20,000 nucleotides of DNA from the IMG/VR virus record IMGVR_UViG_3300020056_000010; one strand, written 5' to 3'. Below, one piece after another: positions 17,339 through 20,000 of the stretch. Both the position numbers and the translations under genes were made by a program. The notes below the pieces were generated by a model, which made no database searches, was not told the DNA's origin, and worked only from the letters and a program-made list of their open reading frames with translations. Numbering within the stretch: position 1 is the stretch's first letter; each line of letters starts with the position of its first letter. The stretch is from an uncultured virus (IMG/VR IMGVR_UViG_3300020056_000010). Taxonomy: Duplodnaviria > Heunggongvirae > Uroviricota > Caudoviricetes.

Positions 17339-17470
17339 ATGAAAGAGCTTTTACAAGTAGTAGGTATCGTCGTAATCATAGGTGGTATCTCTATCTACAC
17401 ATACCACGTTTGGTCTGATTGCTTAAATGAAAATTCTGTATTTACTTGCATGAGAATGCTTAACAAATAG
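17339..17470 (+). CDS. Small membrane protein (43 aa), not in the ORF track
   Basis: MKELLQVVGIVVIIGGISIYTYHVWSDCLNENSVFTCMRMLNK, ATG 17339 to TAG 17470. Starts 1 nt after the upstream stop. Confidence 0.65.
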   Translation: MKELLQVVGIVVIIGGISIYTYHVWSDCLNENSVFTCMRMLNK

Positions 17471-17517
17471 TCTAATAAGTCCAATAAATAGTCCATTAAA
17501 ACAATATTGGACTATTT
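17465..17517 (+). promoter_or_regulatory. Late promoter plus triple anti-RBS hairpin element
   Basis: AATAAATA at 17483-17490. Three upstream segments are each complementary to the RBS region TATTGGACTATTT (17505-17517). Confidence 0.72.
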
Positions 17518-17521
17518 TTAT

Positions 17522-17959
17522 ATGTGGTATTATAATGGAGAGGAATTTACCTCTGAGATGATTGAAGACTATGTCGGATTCGTGTACTTGATTACAAACT
17601 TATCTGACAACAAGAAATACGTTGGTAAGAAGACGCTTATTTCTAAACGCAGACTTCCTCCTCTCAAAGGTAAAACAAGACGTAGAACTAAGATCGTTGA
17701 GTCTAATTGGCAAGACTATTTTGGTTCTTCAGAAGAAGTTAACGCTTTAGTGGAAGAGCATGGACGAGACAACTTTAAACGCGAAATCTTACATCTGTGT
17801 AAGAGTAAAGGCGAGATGAGTTACCTCGAATTGAAAGAACAAATGGAAAGAGAAGTATTGCTAAACGACGAGTACTATAACGGCATACTTCAAGTAAAGA
17901 TACATCGTTCTCATGTTCAATCACTAAAAAAAGTTGACAAAAAAGCGCAACTGGTGTAA
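17522..17959 (+). CDS. GIY-YIG family endonuclease (Seg/DenA-like)
   Basis: GFVYLITN...KKYVGKK, YFGSS, FKREIL, YYN. ATG 17522 follows GGA at 17509-17511. Confidence 0.85.
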   Translation: MWYYNGEEFTSEMIEDYVGFVYLITNLSDNKKYVGKKTLISKRRLPPLKGKTRRRTKIVESNWQDYFGSSEEVNALVEEHGRDNFKREILHLCKSKGEMSYLELKEQMEREVLLNDEYYNGILQVKIHRSHVQSLKKVDKKAQLV

Positions 17960-17971
17960 TATATAATTATA
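17934..17971 (+). promoter_or_regulatory. Sigma70-like early promoter
   Basis: A-tract, G, TTGACA (17934-17939), 17-nt spacer, TAATAT (17957-17962), TATA at 17968-17971. Confidence 0.75.
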
Positions 17972-17990
17972 TTAAGTGAAAGGTAAAACT

Positions 17991-18221
17991 ATGATTATTA
18001 AGCGCAAATCCGTGTTCTCAGGTGTTGAGCGTACTCGCAATATCAACATCGACCCTAGAGACTATGCTGAGTATCAAGCTGGATACGGCAGTCTTACAGA
18101 GCTTGCTCCTTATCTTGGGCAAGAAGATCGTGAATTTATTTTATCAGGGATGACTCCGCAAGAGTGGAAAAATGCCTTCTCTGATGATATTATGAAGATT
18201 GTGTCGGATAGCTTTGCATGA
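17991..18221 (+). CDS. Hypothetical protein
   Basis: SD AAGGT before ATG 17991; motif DREFILSGMTPQEW. Confidence 0.7.
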   Translation: MIIKRKSVFSGVERTRNINIDPRDYAEYQAGYGSLTELAPYLGQEDREFILSGMTPQEWKNAFSDDIMKIVSDSFA

Positions 18222-18877
18222 TTATACTTTTCAACGGCCCTCCTCGTGCCGGTAAAGACGAGGCTGCAGCTTTTTTTAAGGCGAAGGGTTTTAAACACCT
18301 TTCGTTTAAGTATCAGTTGTATAAAGAAACAATTAAATATTTTGATGTTCAAGAATCTTGGTTCATGGATAGGTATGACAACCGAGCTGAAAAAGAAGTT
18401 CCTTCTGCTCTATTAGGTCATATGTCTGTTCGTGAAGCAATGATATATGTGTCTGAAGAAGTGATAAAACCTAAACGTGGTTTAGACTATTTCGGTAAAG
18501 CAGTTGCTGATGAGATTGTAAATGGTAAGGACTATTGCATCTCAGATGGCGGCTTCATCGATGAGTTGGTACCAGTTATAAATAAAGTTGGTTCCGATAA
18601 TTTCGTACTCGTTCAACTCACACGAGAAGGGTGCGACTATTCCACAGATTCACGACGCTATTTTGACGGTAACCTAATTCACGAATATGTGAATGAATTT
18701 AGAACGCCGGTTCATCAACAATATGTTCTACCTCAGAAATTTGATGTAAAGACATATCGTATCCACAACAATTCTAACATCGGAGCCTTTCATAGCGTCT
18801 TGCAAGAGATTTACGAAAAGGAAGGCAATGTCACAACAAATAAACAAAGAGAACTTCAAAAAGAAGATATTCTATGA
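18218..18877 (+). CDS. P-loop kinase, deoxynucleoside monophosphate kinase-like
   Basis: N-terminal Walker A IILFNGPPRAGKD, ISDGGF.DE, IHNN. Confidence 0.75.
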   Translation: MIILFNGPPRAGKDEAAAFFKAKGFKHLSFKYQLYKETIKYFDVQESWFMDRYDNRAEKEVPSALLGHMSVREAMIYVSEEVIKPKRGLDYFGKAVADEIVNGKDYCISDGGFIDELVPVINKVGSDNFVLVQLTREGCDYSTDSRRYFDGNLIHEYVNEFRTPVHQQYVLPQKFDVKTYRIHNNSNIGAFHSVLQEIYEKEGNVTTNKQRELQKEDIL

Positions 18878-19055
18878 AAATCCATATGATATCGAAACAT
18901 TTCTTGAAGGTCTAGAGATTGCTAGCAAAAACAATAAAGAGCTCATTTTTATGGACAGAGTTTTTGCTTACTTGAGATTAGACCCAACTCGTGAAATGAC
19001 AGATATCGTTTTTGATATTCTTGATAAGGATTTAGATCTAGTAGTATACAAATGA
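18828..19055 (+). CDS. Hypothetical protein
   Basis: SD AAGGAAGG. Overlaps the kinase by 50 nt and is ATGA-coupled to the next gene. Confidence 0.6.
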   Translation: MSQQINKENFKKKIFYENPYDIETFLEGLEIASKNNKELIFMDRVFAYLRLDPTREMTDIVFDILDKDLDLVVYK

Positions 19056-19609
19056 ATGAAGCACTTTTTAAGTATGTAAAAATATATGATAACGTAATTC
19101 CTGAGGAATACTGTAATCACCTGATTGAGAAGTTTCATGCAAACCCAGATTGTTGGGAGTATCATGATAACGAAACTTTTATATTCAATCAAATCAATTT
19201 ACCAAACCACAACAGCATATTCGAGGCAGAGATCGCTTTCTTGATGGAAGTGTTTGAACACTATGTTAATAGATATGCATATGACTGCAAGATGTCGCAG
19301 ATTCAAATGCCGGAAAATTATGGATTTGAAGCGATACGAATGAAGTACTACAAGGCGGATCATGGTGAATTTAAACCACACATCGACGCGTGTGATCTAG
19401 CAACTATTAAAAGGTTTCTTGTATTCTTCTTATACCTTGATGAAGGTGATGGCGGAGAAACTGCTCTCTACGATCAAGAAGTAGCGGTACAAAGAAAGCC
19501 TGGCAGATTGCTTATGTTTCCTCCGATGTGGACATATCCGCATGCTGGTTTAATGCCAAAGGGAACTGATAAGCATATTATTGGAAGTTATCTACACTAC
19601 GTTGAATAA
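19052..19609 (+). CDS. 2OG-Fe(II) oxygenase (prolyl-4-hydroxylase-like)
   Basis: HID (HxD), FFLYL, GGET, LLMFPP.W.YPHAG, terminal K in the 2OG-binding position. Confidence 0.9.
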   Translation: MNEALFKYVKIYDNVIPEEYCNHLIEKFHANPDCWEYHDNETFIFNQINLPNHNSIFEAEIAFLMEVFEHYVNRYAYDCKMSQIQMPENYGFEAIRMKYYKADHGEFKPHIDACDLATIKRFLVFFLYLDEGDGGETALYDQEVAVQRKPGRLLMFPPMWTYPHAGLMPKGTDKHIIGSYLHYVE

Positions 19610-19612
19610 ATA
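19605..19612 (+). promoter_or_regulatory. Possible late promoter (AATAAATA)
   Basis: At a gene boundary just upstream of SD GGAG; overlaps a TAA stop. Confidence 0.35.
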
Positions 19613-19624
19613 AACTTGGAGATT

Positions 19625-19891
19625 ATGATGAACATTGACAAAGAACAAGCTATAAAAGATCTTAAGAATGGTGTATGCAAAGTCGTTTTTACTAAAGCAA
19701 ACGGTGATAACCGTGTTATGCACTGCACTCTAAACGAGTCTATACTTCCCGCACAAAAAGATATTGAAGAAGAGATTCAGAAGAAAAAACCGAATCCAAA
19801 CGCACTTGCAGTGTGGGATACAGACAATGGCGGTTGGCGTTCATTTCGATGGGATTCTATTAAAGAATTTAAGACGGAGTTTAATCTATAA
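19625..19891 (+). CDS. WYL_2/SH3-like beta-barrel phage protein
   Basis: VVFTKANGDNRVMHCTL and VWDTDNGGWRSFR. SD GGAG before ATG 19625. Confidence 0.75.
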   Translation: MMNIDKEQAIKDLKNGVCKVVFTKANGDNRVMHCTLNESILPAQKDIEEEIQKKKPNPNALAVWDTDNGGWRSFRWDSIKEFKTEFNL

Positions 19892-20000
19892 TGAGTATGA
19901 TTCATAAAGGACATGTTGTCGAAACAGAGCTATCTAAAAACTCTAAAGGTGGCACAGAGATGATGCGCAAGCGTCTTCTTGACAATGTTCCTTTCGACCT
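19891..20000 (+). CDS. 5' end of a probable glycosyltransferase (partial)
   Basis: MSMIHKGHVVETELSKNSKGGTEMMRKRLL. The GGTE motif is typical of GT-B N-termini, but only 36 codons are visible. Confidence 0.45.
   Translation, partial: MSMIHKGHVVETELSKNSKGGTEMMRKRLLDNVPFD

Noticed and set aside
18577..18584. Perfect TATAAATA inside the kinase gene
   Set aside because: Mid-gene and ~250 nt from the next start; compatible with chance in AT-rich DNA.
1..20000. tRNA genes, CRISPR arrays, IS elements, alternative genetic code
   Set aside because: Intergenic gaps are too short, no repeat-spacer pattern or transposase was seen, and genes read intact in the standard code with all three stop codons used.

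Overview
A gene-dense, AT-rich, entirely plus-strand segment of a large T4-like (myovirus) phage genome. The host is probably an alphaproteobacterium, inferred from the Shemin-pathway hemA gene. Gene order: acidic-tailed partial ORF, overlapped i-/o-spanin pair, coiled-coil membrane protein, gp61-type primase, thyX, nrdA, nrdB, glutaredoxin, 5-aminolevulinate synthase (hemA), DUF454/YbaN membrane protein, a glycan-modification cluster (two methyltransferases, an NDP-sugar dehydratase, a GT17 glycosyltransferase fused to a sulfotransferase-like domain), SleB-type cell wall hydrolase, short UDP-glucose dehydrogenase, cytidylyltransferase, eukaryote-type phosphomannomutase, second glutaredoxin, GIY-YIG nuclease, dNMP-kinase-like protein, 2OG-Fe(II) oxygenase, WYL-like protein and the start of a probable glycosyltransferase. 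Four sigma70-like promoters share a conserved architecture, and T4-type late boxes (WATAAATA) occur at six gene boundaries. The most notable observations are regulatory. hemA carries a late promoter embedded in a hairpin that buries its start codon. The GIY-YIG gene has the same arrangement, but with three tandem redundant anti-RBS arms. All calls come from reading motifs by eye; no searches or folding programs were run.
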